Below are positions 19,045 through 28,045 of a stretch of DNA of 52,913 nt, in pieces; position 1 is the first letter of the stretch, and each line of letters begins with the position of its first letter. Where the stretch lies: positions 1 through 52,913 of IMG/VR virus record IMGVR_UViG_3300044729_002905. One strand, written 5' to 3'. The position numbers were made by a program, and so were the translations under genes. This DNA is from a virus (taxonomy: Duplodnaviria > Caudoviricetes). A model generated the notes under the pieces. The model was not told the DNA's origin, ran no database searches, and saw only the letters and a program-made list of their open reading frames with translations.

Positions 19045-19842
19045 TCAGTTACTCACAATACGGTTGACGAGATAGGCTTCGATATCGTTGTAACCAGGAG
19101 CTTCATCCGGTTGGATGTAGCAGACTTCAACCACGAAGTAACCAGTACGACCGGCAGCTTTGTCAGCGGCAGAAATGTACCAGCCAGGAGCCGTACCAGA
19201 GGTGGTGGTAGAAGCGGCGCGAGTGAAGACGCTGTAAGTAGCAGCAGCAGTGTGAGGCTTGTAGACGTTACCATCGGTAAGACCAACAGCACCGCTAACC
19301 ACAGGCACAGGCACAGCAGAAACAGCAGCAGTACCAGCGGCAAAGAAGACTTCGCCTTCTTGACTACCGGAAACGGTGGACGACAGGTTGACCTGGGCCA
19401 CACCTTCACCAGAAGCTGCGCTGGAAACAAGACCAGTAGCGAACGAGATCACGCGACCAGTGGTGGTATAAACACCGGAAGCAACGCGACCATCGCCCCA
19501 ACCCGAAGCAACCGACATCGCAGTGCGATACACGTAGATGGGATAAGTGGAAGAACCACTGATCACCATACCGGTGATGTCAGTACGGGTGTCGTCTTGA
19601 CGATAAGGGGAAGGAACAATAACGCTACCAGAAGCAACGGCGCCATCACCAGAGGTGTTGGTAACAGCAACGTAACCGCGCTGCTGGAAGTAACGATAGC
19701 CAGGGATAGCAAGAACCGAAGTAGGACCTGCTTCTGAACCGTCGTTAGTACCGCTGTAATCGGTATCAATATTCTTGTACCAACCGTTAAGAGGCTCTGC
19801 CCAGTTGCCGGGGTAGATTTTTTTAGACGAAAGGTAGGACAT
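19045..19842 (-). CDS. Capsid decoration or minor structural protein
   Basis: Directly after the major capsid gene with an AGGAGA RBS; Ser/Thr/Gly/Ala-rich. Confidence 0.6.
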   Translation of the reverse strand: MSYLSSKKIYPGNWAEPLNGWYKNIDTDYSGTNDGSEAGPTSVLAIPGYRYFQQRGYVAVTNTSGDGAVASGSVIVPSPYRQDDTRTDITGMVISGSSTYPIYVYRTAMSVASGWGDGRVASGVYTTTGRVISFATGLVSSAASGEGVAQVNLSSTVSGSQEGEVFFAAGTAAVSAVPVPVVSGAVGLTDGNVYKPHTAAATYSVFTRAASTTTSGTAPGWYISAADKAAGRTGYFVVEVCYIQPDEAPGYNDIEAYLVNRIVSN

Positions 19843-19875
19843 TTATTTCTCCTTTGTGTATGTTTACGTTATAGA

Positions 19876-21027
19876 TCAGACGGTACCGTCGTCAGAGACA
19901 AAGCTGTAAGCAGTCGTGATGAAGTCTTTGTTCAGCACTTCAAAACCAGCGTACAGTTGCCAAATCAAGATGATGAAACGGCTGAAGTCATCGTTGTTAT
20001 TGATGAGCACCTGAGCGTTCGGACCACCGATACCAACACCAACGGCCTGAGGACCGAAGAAGAAGCCCTGAGCAACGTCTTGGTTGGAGTAGGAGGCGGG
20101 AGTAGCAAAGCTAGCCGAGATTTGCTTGTTGGGGAAGTTGGTCGATTCGAAGAACTTCACACCTTCAAACTGAACACCAGTCGGCATCACAGGCTCACCG
20201 GCCAGGAAATAACCCTGACCAGCTTGGGGACCCATGTAGAAGCTGGCGTTGTTAGGCATCATGGGGTTACCCATGTACATGCCTTGACCAGGATTACCGG
20301 AGTAACGAGCGATCTCACGGAAGTCGGGGTCACGACGCAGGTGCATCATGAACACGGGATCGCAAATGCAGCGATACAGACCGTCAGCGAAGGTAGGAAC
20401 GTTGCGCTTACGCAGGTCCTTAACAACATTCAGCAGGTCAGTGCGAACCGAGAATTGCTGCAGGTCAGCAGTGTACTCAGTAGCAGTGTAGGTAACTTGA
20501 CCAGAAGAGTTCTTGGTCTTACCACCAGGGAAGTAGTAACCACCTTGGGTGCTAGAAGCGGCACCATTGGCTTCTGCTTTGGACAGTTCGTCAATGAAGA
20601 CGCGGTCACGCCAACGACGATAGTCATCCAGCAGGGTGAGGCTACCGATCGACTGGTGGAACATGTTGAGATTACCGGTGTCCAGCAGAAGGCGCTGAGC
20701 GGTAATCAGGGTTTCGCGAGCAATCTTAAAGGTCGAAGGCTGGGTCGGATCGCCAGGATCAGCAGGACCGGTGTATTCGTTAAGCACCACCAGGACTTTT
20801 TCCTTGGTGATGTTACGGCTGTTAGCGGTACCGATCGTTTGGTCAGCCACGCGAGCACGGCTGTCCTTGGTCCCAGGGTTGCCCCAGAACTTATAGCGAT
20901 CAAGTTGAACGGTTTGACCGGGTTGGCGAGTAAAGTCGTGGACAACCACGGGCTCTACAGCCATCTCACAGATATAAGCAGGATGGGGACGATAAAGCTC
21001 CGCACCCAGAATCTTAGGGAAGTCGTT
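19876..21027 (-). CDS. Major capsid protein, exon 2
   Basis: The frame of the 362-aa ORF extends 21 codons upstream (NDFPKILGAELYRPHPAYICE) to the 3' splice site. Sits between scaffold and decoration genes; 'G.VKFFEST', 'FFFGPQAVG'. Spliced product is about 387 aa. Confidence 0.85.
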   Translation of the reverse strand, partial: NDFPKILGAELYRPHPAYICEMAVEPVVVHDFTRQPGQTVQLDRYKFWGNPGTKDSRARVADQTIGTANSRNITKEKVLVVLNEYTGPADPGDPTQPSTFKIARETLITAQRLLLDTGNLNMFHQSIGSLTLLDDYRRWRDRVFIDELSKAEANGAASSTQGGYYFPGGKTKNSSGQVTYTATEYTADLQQFSVRTDLLNVVKDLRKRNVPTFADGLYRCICDPVFMMHLRRDPDFREIARYSGNPGQGMYMGNPMMPNNASFYMGPQAGQGYFLAGEPVMPTGVQFEGVKFFESTNFPNKQISASFATPASYSNQDVAQGFFFGPQAVGVGIGGPNAQVLINNNDDFSRFIILIWQLYAGFEVLNKDFITTAYSFVSDDGTV

Positions 21028-21850
21028 CTCCTGGTCTCTAGTTTCTTAGAGGGGTGGACTATCTCTTCATCCCTGTGGGATGCCGGACGCTAAATCTGGT
21101 ATTACGTAACAAGAGCGTGTTACCCCCAGTAGTCTCTGCGCCTTCCAATCACGCTTGATTGGCTTGGCTCAGGATTACCCTCGTCTTTACGTTAGGGCTT
21201 CCCTGAATTCATCCGGTTTGCACTCACCAATTGCTCGATGAGGTGACAACGTTGAGCGTTCAGTTGAGGTATAGTAAGCCTGGAAACCTGTTCATAAACA
21301 ACATGGAACCAAAACTTGTACCTGGATTTGGTAATCTTTACTTAACTAAAGATGGAGAGGCTTTTGAAAAACGTCTTGATCCTGATAATCAAGAATATTT
21401 TAAAAGGGTTCCCATCAGTTCAACCAGTTCTTATGATCGTATTTCAGTTCTTGTTAATGGAAAAAGAAAACGTTTTCATCTTCATGTTTTGATGGCAGTG
21501 GCTTTTTTAGGATTAGATCTTCGTTCTCATGGAACAAATAACTTTTCCCTTCAAGTAGACCACATTGACAACAACAAAAGAAACAATAAGATTGAAAATC
21601 TTGAAGTTGTTACCAAACAAGAAAATTTAACAAGAGCCTGGAAAACGGGTTGTTACAAGAACAATGGTTTTGCCAGTAAAGGAAAGCCGAAGAATTCTTT
21701 GAGAAAGTTTTCTTCAGACGATGTGGCCAGAATTAAAACTTTAAAAGAAGCGGGACTTTCTTATAGAAAGATTGCTGAAAAGTTTAACTGTGGCCATGTA
21801 GCTATTTACCAAATCATTAAAGGTAATACCTACCAGGATCTGAACTAGCT
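21028..21850 (-). mobile_element. Group I self-splicing intron (823 nt) in the major capsid gene
   Basis: Minus-strand core: P GAAUUCAGGGAA, Q AAUCCUGAGC, R GCAGAGACUAC, S AAGAGAUAGUCC. The 5' exon ends in U and the intron ends in G. IGS CGUUGUCA (21244-21251) pairs with exon 1 UGAU and exon 2 AACG. Confidence 0.93.
21303..21848 (+). CDS. Intron-encoded HNH homing endonuclease, antisense to the intron
   Basis: NUMOD4-like N-terminus, 'LHVLMAVAFL...QVDHIDNNKRNNKIENLEVVTKQENL' and a C-terminal HTH. Likely start is ATG 21303. Confidence 0.9.
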   Translation: MEPKLVPGFGNLYLTKDGEAFEKRLDPDNQEYFKRVPISSTSSYDRISVLVNGKRKRFHLHVLMAVAFLGLDLRSHGTNNFSLQVDHIDNNKRNNKIENLEVVTKQENLTRAWKTGCYKNNGFASKGKPKNSLRKFSSDDVARIKTLKEAGLSYRKIAEKFNCGHVAIYQIIKGNTYQDLN

Positions 21851-21862
21851 ATCAAGAAACAC
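21851..21862 (-). CDS. Major capsid protein, exon 1 (MFLD)
   Basis: GGAGG RBS, then GTG TTT CTT GAT. The unspliced frame reaches TAG two codons later. Confidence 0.85.
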
Positions 21863-21953
21863 GTTTATTTATCCTCCAAAGGTAGGACTTTTTATCAGGT
21901 GAAAGATTCGGTCTTTGACCTCATCTAAAAAAAGTATAGCAGTTGATAATTTA

Positions 21954-22499
21954 TCAACCAAGATATTTAAGCGTAGGAGTGTAACTCCGGGCCATTTGCG
22001 TATTGCTAGAAGTGGCAAGTTCGGGATCAGCAATTACATTTTGCTGGAACCCAGGAACTCCCATTGCACCAGGAATTGCACCTGCGGCAATGCCGCCAAG
22101 TCCAGCGAGACCAGCAGCAGCAGGTACACCAAGACCAGCAGTAAGTTTTCCAACCATACGTTGAGCACCTGGACCCATTGCAGATTGTTCAGCAGCAGCA
22201 AGAACATCAGCAACTTGTCCAATTGCTTTATTACGAGTTTTTGATTCTGCAGGAATCTTGGCGCCAATATCACCAACTAGATTTGCCATTGGAGTAATCA
22301 CACGTTCCTGAGCAGCTTGTGCCATTGCAGGCGCATACTTACCGGCCAAACGTGCACCTAACAAACCAGCGGCTCCACCGGCAGCTCCACCAAGTCCAGC
22401 GAGAAGTGCTGAACCTGGATCTTCACCTTGAGAAAGGGCATAGCCGCCGGTAGCTAAACCAGCGGCAGCGGGGATACCATATTTAAGAGCGGCTCTCAT
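21954..22499 (-). CDS. Gly/Ala-rich hydrophobic protein (virion or membrane)
   Basis: 181 aa with glycine-zipper-like segments. Confidence 0.6.
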   Translation of the reverse strand: MRAALKYGIPAAAGLATGGYALSQGEDPGSALLAGLGGAAGGAAGLLGARLAGKYAPAMAQAAQERVITPMANLVGDIGAKIPAESKTRNKAIGQVADVLAAAEQSAMGPGAQRMVGKLTAGLGVPAAAGLAGLGGIAAGAIPGAMGVPGFQQNVIADPELATSSNTQMARSYTPTLKYLG

Positions 22500-22503
22500 G
22501 GCC

Positions 22504-23466
22504 TCACTCCATCACAAACAGTTTGTTTGCCAGGACTTGAGGCTGAGCTTGGTTAATGACGCGCCAGGCATTCTGGGGGTCACGAGCCATCATCTCGTTG
22601 AAAGAGCCCCAAAAGTTTTCAGGTTGCTGAGGAGCGGCTGCAGCAGGAGGAGCAGGGAACTGACCACCATACTGAGGATCAACAGGAGCAGTGCGATAAC
22701 CAGGAGTTTCGAGTTGCTGCTCACTTTCGTACACAGGGTACGGACCTTCAGGACCAAAGAACTTCAGCGTGTAATCACTAAGAACATCGGGGTTGGTCAG
22801 GATTTCGTTATAAGCCAGGTTCTCCTGGTGCTCATTAACGGCAAACTCAGCGTAACCCTTGATGGTATCAGCGGCGCGATTTCCCCACGCGACGGCGCTG
22901 TCCAGCATCCCTTCCAGATTCAGGGCGTAGTTGTTCAGAATTGCCGGTGTCTCGATTCCGAACGCGTCCATCACCTGACGGCTTTCCTGGCTCATTCCCA
23001 CCAGGTCGGCTACCTGCTCCAAGGAGGGACTCGAGGAGGTTTGGGAAGAGCTGGGCGAGTATGCCTGGTTGGGCGACCAGGTCTGCGGAGCCGATTGTTG
23101 CGTAGCTTGGCTGACTTGACCGAAGTTCGCCGGGGCGTACTGCGGAGTCGGTGCCGAGGGTTGACCCTGGAACGGGGATTGGACTGGTGCGCTCAGCAGG
23201 TTCACCACCTTGTTGAACGCCGATTCCCAAGGATTGCCCGCTGCTTCCGGTTGGGATTGGGGGGCGTACTGAGTAGGGGCTGATTGGTAACTGGGGGCTG
23301 CCTGAGGTACCGCTTGGGGGTAGCTGGTACCCACCTGGTACGCCTGTGGTGCCACCTGGTAATTGACCGGTTGGCTGGACGGAGCCGGTGCCACGTAGCT
23401 GCTGGGAGCGACTGCCGCCGGTACTTGGCTCGTCTGTGGGATCGACTGGACGGTAGCGTCCTGCAT
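22504..23466 (-). CDS. Putative capsid scaffolding protein
   Basis: Gln/Pro/Ala-rich, located between portal and capsid genes, AGGAGA RBS upstream. Confidence 0.65.
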   Translation of the reverse strand: MQDATVQSIPQTSQVPAAVAPSSYVAPAPSSQPVNYQVAPQAYQVGTSYPQAVPQAAPSYQSAPTQYAPQSQPEAAGNPWESAFNKVVNLLSAPVQSPFQGQPSAPTPQYAPANFGQVSQATQQSAPQTWSPNQAYSPSSSQTSSSPSLEQVADLVGMSQESRQVMDAFGIETPAILNNYALNLEGMLDSAVAWGNRAADTIKGYAEFAVNEHQENLAYNEILTNPDVLSDYTLKFFGPEGPYPVYESEQQLETPGYRTAPVDPQYGGQFPAPPAAAAPQQPENFWGSFNEMMARDPQNAWRVINQAQPQVLANKLFVME

Positions 23467-25216
23467 AACTCATCTCCTTTTGTAATGCTTCAAGAGTTCG
23501 ATACAGATATGGGGTTAAATCCAATCGTGGATCTGCAGCCATCGGTAAATCCGGTGATTGCGGATGAGGAGTCTGCATCATGCCCCCCACCAGGCGTGCG
23601 AACGAAGAATATGCATTCTGCAGTTCACCCACCATCCTGAACGGGAACCCAGATAACATCTCGGCCCGTTCCTCATCCGTTTTTGACGGAAAGAGGTATT
23701 TCAGTGCTTCAATGCTATCAACACCTAATTCTTGCAAGTTTCTAACAACAATCGAGTTGTTAAGAATATCTTGCGTTGAATCTTCGTACACTGGTCCGAG
23801 CCAGCGCCACTGAATAGTTAAATCCCCATCAGGGATCAAACCAAGAACACCAGGTGGAATTTGTTGTGTACGCACACAAGCCATCATCAATTGCTTGATG
23901 CGATCCTCAAAACCAACCAGAGCTTCTTTATACATCTGAACAATGCTTTCATCTGCATCGTCATCTGGTTCCACAGGTTTTTCTAAACCTGCGGCGGCGG
24001 CAAGTGTCTCACGGAACAAACGTTCTTCTTGGAAAATGATTAGTTCCAGACAGCGGCAAATACCGTAAGTATAAATAGAATTTGCTTTTTTCTTAGATGT
24101 AGCAGCAACACGACCAAACAGTGACTTGTACTCAGTTGCAGTCACACCAGCGGAAATTGACAACTCGTCAACGCCACCAAGTGCTGTACGAATCTCCTCT
24201 CGATATTGACGAGCAAACGCGTTTTGATCTCCTGTGATCGCATCTGGAACAATGTAACCAACTCGATCATTCGGCTCTAGGTTGGCAATAATTCTTGGAA
24301 CACGAATCTGACCATCCATTCCACGGCTGATCGGATCAGCCTTAAACATGGAACGACTAAGAGATGATGGGCTAGCAAACCCTGAGTTGGCAGCGATTGA
24401 TGGACGCTGCACCACGCCTTCTCCACCTGACTCGATCAAGTCAGTCTTGGGACGAGACGAAAGAAGAGTTGGGTTGCCAAAGAACTGAACATTCTTTCGC
24501 ATTGTACGAATCATCTCGTCATGCGTAACGATGTGATTAGCAAGTGCATCAAATTCACCAACACCTTCAGTAGAAAATCCTTTGGGGTTGTTAAAGATCT
24601 CTACACAAGGAATAAATCCAAGAGTGTTGCGATAAGTTTTTGTTTTGCCTGGTACCACAGAGACAGGCTGATCAAAAGAGAGTTCACCATCTGAATGAGT
24701 CTCTTCAATGGTTTTACGTTTAATCGATAATTTTATGTATTTCTTTTGGCCTGGGGTACCAAGGCCATCCATCCCTGTGATTGAAGTTTGTTGAATATCT
24801 TGATTAACGCCAAAACCGTTTTTAACTTTATAACTGTAGATAATGACAACTTCATCGAGTTCACCGTCTACGTTGTAGTAGGTACGATATTCGTGTTTCC
24901 TAAAAAAGTAAAGACGGTAATTATTTGTAGTAGGGCGAATATAAAATAAACCCTGACCATCACACAAAAAGTAATCCCAAATTGAATCAAATCTTGTATC
25001 AATTTGGTTGTATTTGACTACGCGATCAATAAAATCTTTACGTTGATTACCAAAGTTGTCCTGAGCAGGAAAAAATTCTACCCCTTGGCGAATACCAAAG
25101 AGTTTCATTTGTGCTAGGTGTGCTGCTACGACGCCGGTATCAACGCCAATTCCACCATCTTTTTCAAGATAGGAATCAACAATTTCCTTGAGCCTGGATT
25201 TAGCGTCTGCAGCCAT
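22868..25216 (-). CDS. Putative portal protein with a long C-terminal extension
   Basis: 782 aa, downstream of the terminase. 'NTLGFIPCVEIFNNP....EGVGEF' is a portal-like segment. Confidence 0.7.
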   Translation of the reverse strand: MAADAKSRLKEIVDSYLEKDGGIGVDTGVVAAHLAQMKLFGIRQGVEFFPAQDNFGNQRKDFIDRVVKYNQIDTRFDSIWDYFLCDGQGLFYIRPTTNNYRLYFFRKHEYRTYYNVDGELDEVVIIYSYKVKNGFGVNQDIQQTSITGMDGLGTPGQKKYIKLSIKRKTIEETHSDGELSFDQPVSVVPGKTKTYRNTLGFIPCVEIFNNPKGFSTEGVGEFDALANHIVTHDEMIRTMRKNVQFFGNPTLLSSRPKTDLIESGGEGVVQRPSIAANSGFASPSSLSRSMFKADPISRGMDGQIRVPRIIANLEPNDRVGYIVPDAITGDQNAFARQYREEIRTALGGVDELSISAGVTATEYKSLFGRVAATSKKKANSIYTYGICRCLELIIFQEERLFRETLAAAAGLEKPVEPDDDADESIVQMYKEALVGFEDRIKQLMMACVRTQQIPPGVLGLIPDGDLTIQWRWLGPVYEDSTQDILNNSIVVRNLQELGVDSIEALKYLFPSKTDEERAEMLSGFPFRMVGELQNAYSSFARLVGGMMQTPHPQSPDLPMAADPRLDLTPYLYRTLEALQKEMSYAGRYRPVDPTDEPSTGGSRSQQLRGTGSVQPTGQLPGGTTGVPGGYQLPPSGTSGSPQLPISPYSVRPPIPTGSSGQSLGIGVQQGGEPAERTSPIPVPGSTLGTDSAVRPGELRSSQPSYATIGSADLVAQPGILAQLFPNLLESLLGAGSRPGGNEPGKPSGDGRVRNRDTGNSEQLRPESGRDAGQRRRVGKSRR

Positions 25217-25256
25217 TAACTATTTTCAACCCGCTGGAATTAGTTTAACAAGAAAA

Positions 25257-25640
25257 TCAAACAAAAGGTACTTTAGGAGCGATTCCTAACCCTGGATAAT
25301 TTTTTACGGGTGTTGAAAATGGGGTTACCGGTCGAGGAACAAGTTGTTTCATCTGTTCATCGTAATAAACAGGAGTTGATGGAAATTGGGATTGAGCAAA
25401 TTCCATACCGCCTATATTCCCAACAGGTTGTATTCCTTGGACCTGAGAAAAAATATTAGGATATCGATCTCTAAATTTTTGATTTTTTTGTTTCAGCTCA
25501 TCGCCTAACGGTGTATTATTTAAACCGTAACGAAAAAGCCTATCTTGAATTTGATTTTCAGAAGGAACATATCCAGGACTACCAGCCATTAAATTACCTG
25601 GTGCTCCGGGAACCGAACTCATCCCGCCGTATCTAAACAT
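25257..25640 (-). CDS. Hypothetical protein
   Basis: 127 aa ORF in the late cluster. Confidence 0.5.
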   Translation of the reverse strand: MFRYGGMSSVPGAPGNLMAGSPGYVPSENQIQDRLFRYGLNNTPLGDELKQKNQKFRDRYPNIFSQVQGIQPVGNIGGMEFAQSQFPSTPVYYDEQMKQLVPRPVTPFSTPVKNYPGLGIAPKVPFV

Positions 25641-25666
25641 TTCTCTATTATTATCTTGTTTCTATC

Positions 25667-25852
25667 TTACTCTTCTATAACCTCATAACCAGACTCATCG
25701 TTGAGTTTGGAAAGAACAATACCTTCGCCCTTTAGGTTCCATGAAAGAATATCTCCTTCTTGCCAACCGAGTTCTTCGATGATTTCTTCGGGAAACTCGA
25801 TAAAAAGTTCTCCGTCTTGATCCTCTTGGACTTCGATAATGTAGCTGGTCAT
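25667..25852 (-). CDS. AbrB/MazE/SpoVT-like small protein
   Basis: 'GELFIEFPEEIIEELGWQEGDILSW....GIVLSK'. Confidence 0.7.
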   Translation of the reverse strand: MTSYIIEVQEDQDGELFIEFPEEIIEELGWQEGDILSWNLKGEGIVLSKLNDESGYEVIEE

Positions 25853-26139
25853 TTGAGAAGGCGATCCATCATTCTGTCTAGCTTACTATTAATTTCTTTA
25901 AAGGTGTCGTGCATGTGCTGTATTTCGCGAAGAAAGTCAACTTTTAGTACGTACTCCAGCGGCATACGATTGAAACTATCGTCTAGATGCTCGACTTTTT
26001 TTTCTTGAATTGTCACGCGATCAGAAAGTTGTTTGATTCTTTCATGCGACCTAGATAGCAACTTATTTGCGGCCCAGGTACCACCTGAGATTCCAGCTAC
26101 ACAAGTTGTAACGAGGATCGCCAGGTACTCGGGTCCCAT
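25849..26139 (-). CDS. Membrane-anchored coiled-coil protein
   Basis: N-terminal hydrophobic helix plus coiled coil ending 'INSKLDRMMDRLL'. Confidence 0.6.
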   Translation of the reverse strand: MGPEYLAILVTTCVAGISGGTWAANKLLSRSHERIKQLSDRVTIQEKKVEHLDDSFNRMPLEYVLKVDFLREIQHMHDTFKEINSKLDRMMDRLLK

Positions 26140-26168
26140 GGCAAAAGTATTTTCTTTTATTCTAAGAT

Positions 26169-27695
26169 CTAATAATCAACCTGAAGAGTACCTTTACGCG
26201 TTAATCCATTAATAAGCCAAACAAGCGCATCAACACAATCGTCGTGACTACTAACACCAAAATTAGTAAGCTCTTCAAACATAGCTGTAAAGTTACGGTA
26301 ACGATTAAAAATAATCTTGCGATCTTCAAAAAGACCCATACAACCACGGAAGCGAGCAAGTTTATCTGCCCTAAAGCCTTTAACAGCATGCCAGTTGATA
26401 TTGTAAAGATTCTCGTTTCTTAAACAGATACGTTTGAAGTCAGCCTCAAGAGATGCCTGGTACGCCACAGCTTCTGAGTACACATCACAAGTGTTGTACG
26501 TAGGGAAGTAATTACCATTCTCGTCGCGTCCAAGAATAGACCAATCATTAAGTAATTCTTTAAGAGCATCTAGTTTTTCTAGGTTGCCCATCACACGCAT
26601 GCGGCGATAATCAATAATATGAATCTGATCACCTAGTTTTCCGCCAAGAACAAAAACAGTGTAATCATTTTTTTCTTTTGTGCCAGCGGAGAGGTCAACC
26701 CCAACAGCCAGTGAATCAAACTCAGTAGCAATCTCTGCTTTAACCAATAGTTCAGGCGCCAATGATAGTTCGTTCTGCCTGACGATTTGATTCATGTACT
26801 GGAAAGAAAAAGCAATTGGTGCTTGCCGTTTTTTCTCTTTTAAGTAATTCAATGACCACATCTCTGGCCAATAAGATTCTTCTTCTCCACTTATTTCATT
26901 GTTTTGAATTGCAGAGAGAACAATCTGCATCCAGTTGTTTTGTTCATTGAAAGTAGTTGCATGAATATCATCATGCCTGAATCTGGTACCAAGGCAGATG
27001 GCGCGTCCACCTTCAAACATCGTTGGTGCAATCACAGCATTCCAGTTATCCTGCATCATCTTTCGGATGTCAGGGTTGGCAATATCTGATGAGCTTTTAA
27101 TAGCGTCATCAATGATTACTAATTGACTGCGCTTGGAAGTCACTGAACCTTTTAGGCCAGCAGCACAGAGTGTGAACTGTTCTTCACCAGCAATATCAAT
27201 ACCAGCAAAACGATGGTCAATAGACCAGTACTCATTACTTGTAACGTTCTTAAGAAGTTTTACTGTTGGAAAAACATCTTGATATCTTTTGCTTTCAATA
27301 AGTCGTTTAATTGTTGCTGACTTAGAACGAGCAATATCAACTGTATAAGAAAGATAAAGAATCTGTAAAGGGCGTTTGGCTGCAGTGTGCACGCCAATAG
27401 CCCATGCTGCAAACAAACCTGCAACCGTACTCTTGGCTGATCCTCGTGGAGCCAATAGGTCAATATTTGGACCAGCAATTTTCAGCAGGCAAGAGCTGTC
27501 TTGGTTGGTAACTAATTGCCGGTGCCAATCTTGATGATGTTTAGCCGGTGGTTTATCTGCTACGTAATCACAAAAGTAACCAAAGTCTTCTCGTGCCAGT
27601 TCCAGGAGATCTTCATTATCTTTCTTGCGAACCCGGTGATTTTTTGCAGCAGCCTGGGCGTTACGTCGATAAGCTTGATGAAGATATGCGGGCAC
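26169..27695 (-). CDS. terL: Terminase large subunit
   Basis: Walker A 'APRGSAKST', Walker B 'LVIIDD', 'GTRF', nuclease 'GVDLS...DYT' and 'HDDCVDAL'. Confidence 0.93.
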   Translation of the reverse strand: MPAYLHQAYRRNAQAAAKNHRVRKKDNEDLLELAREDFGYFCDYVADKPPAKHHQDWHRQLVTNQDSSCLLKIAGPNIDLLAPRGSAKSTVAGLFAAWAIGVHTAAKRPLQILYLSYTVDIARSKSATIKRLIESKRYQDVFPTVKLLKNVTSNEYWSIDHRFAGIDIAGEEQFTLCAAGLKGSVTSKRSQLVIIDDAIKSSSDIANPDIRKMMQDNWNAVIAPTMFEGGRAICLGTRFRHDDIHATTFNEQNNWMQIVLSAIQNNEISGEEESYWPEMWSLNYLKEKKRQAPIAFSFQYMNQIVRQNELSLAPELLVKAEIATEFDSLAVGVDLSAGTKEKNDYTVFVLGGKLGDQIHIIDYRRMRVMGNLEKLDALKELLNDWSILGRDENGNYFPTYNTCDVYSEAVAYQASLEADFKRICLRNENLYNINWHAVKGFRADKLARFRGCMGLFEDRKIIFNRYRNFTAMFEELTNFGVSSHDDCVDALVWLINGLTRKGTLQVDY

Positions 27696-27726
27696 AGAAA
27701 AGACCAGTAATTAACTTGATACTAGT

Positions 27727-27882
27727 CTATTTTTCTTTTTTATCGCGTTTTTGTTCTTGATACTTACGAGCTTTATCCAGAGCAGCTTTACGCTTCTCCT
27801 TATCATTCATCTCAGTACCGTCTTCTTTCTTTGCTTCTTTCTTCTTGAAGTGCTCAAGAAGTTCTGGTGGCATCTTACTCAT
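27727..27882 (-). CDS. Small basic protein (51 aa)
   Basis: MSKMPPELLEHFKKKEAKK...; ATGA-coupled to the upstream ORF. Confidence 0.55.
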   Translation of the reverse strand: MSKMPPELLEHFKKKEAKKEDGTEMNDKEKRKAALDKARKYQEQKRDKKEK

Positions 27883-28040
27883 TGATTTTGTGCTGCGTTA
27901 TCACGGATACGATTGACAAGCTCTTGATACTCACGTGTACCTTTCTCTGGTAAACGAGTGGTCCTCCCTGGTCCAAAAGTAATACCAGTTCGTAACTGTG
28001 ACTCAGGAAGAGGATGTTGATAGTTTGGTAATTGCTGCAT
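27879..28040 (-). CDS. Small hypothetical protein (53 aa)
   Basis: MQQLPNYQHPLPESQLRTG...; fills the intergenic gap. Confidence 0.5.
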   Translation of the reverse strand: MQQLPNYQHPLPESQLRTGITFGPGRTTRLPEKGTREYQELVNRIRDNAAQNQ

Positions 28041-28045
28041 TACTA

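Noticed and set aside
19876-20964. ATG 20964 as the capsid start
   Set aside because: No RBS there; the frame continues to the splice site and joins exon 1, which has GGAGG.
19957-21093. 378-aa plus-strand ORF
   Set aside because: Antisense shadow of the codon-biased capsid gene.
22498-23283. 261-aa plus-strand ORF
   Set aside because: Antisense shadow of the scaffold gene.
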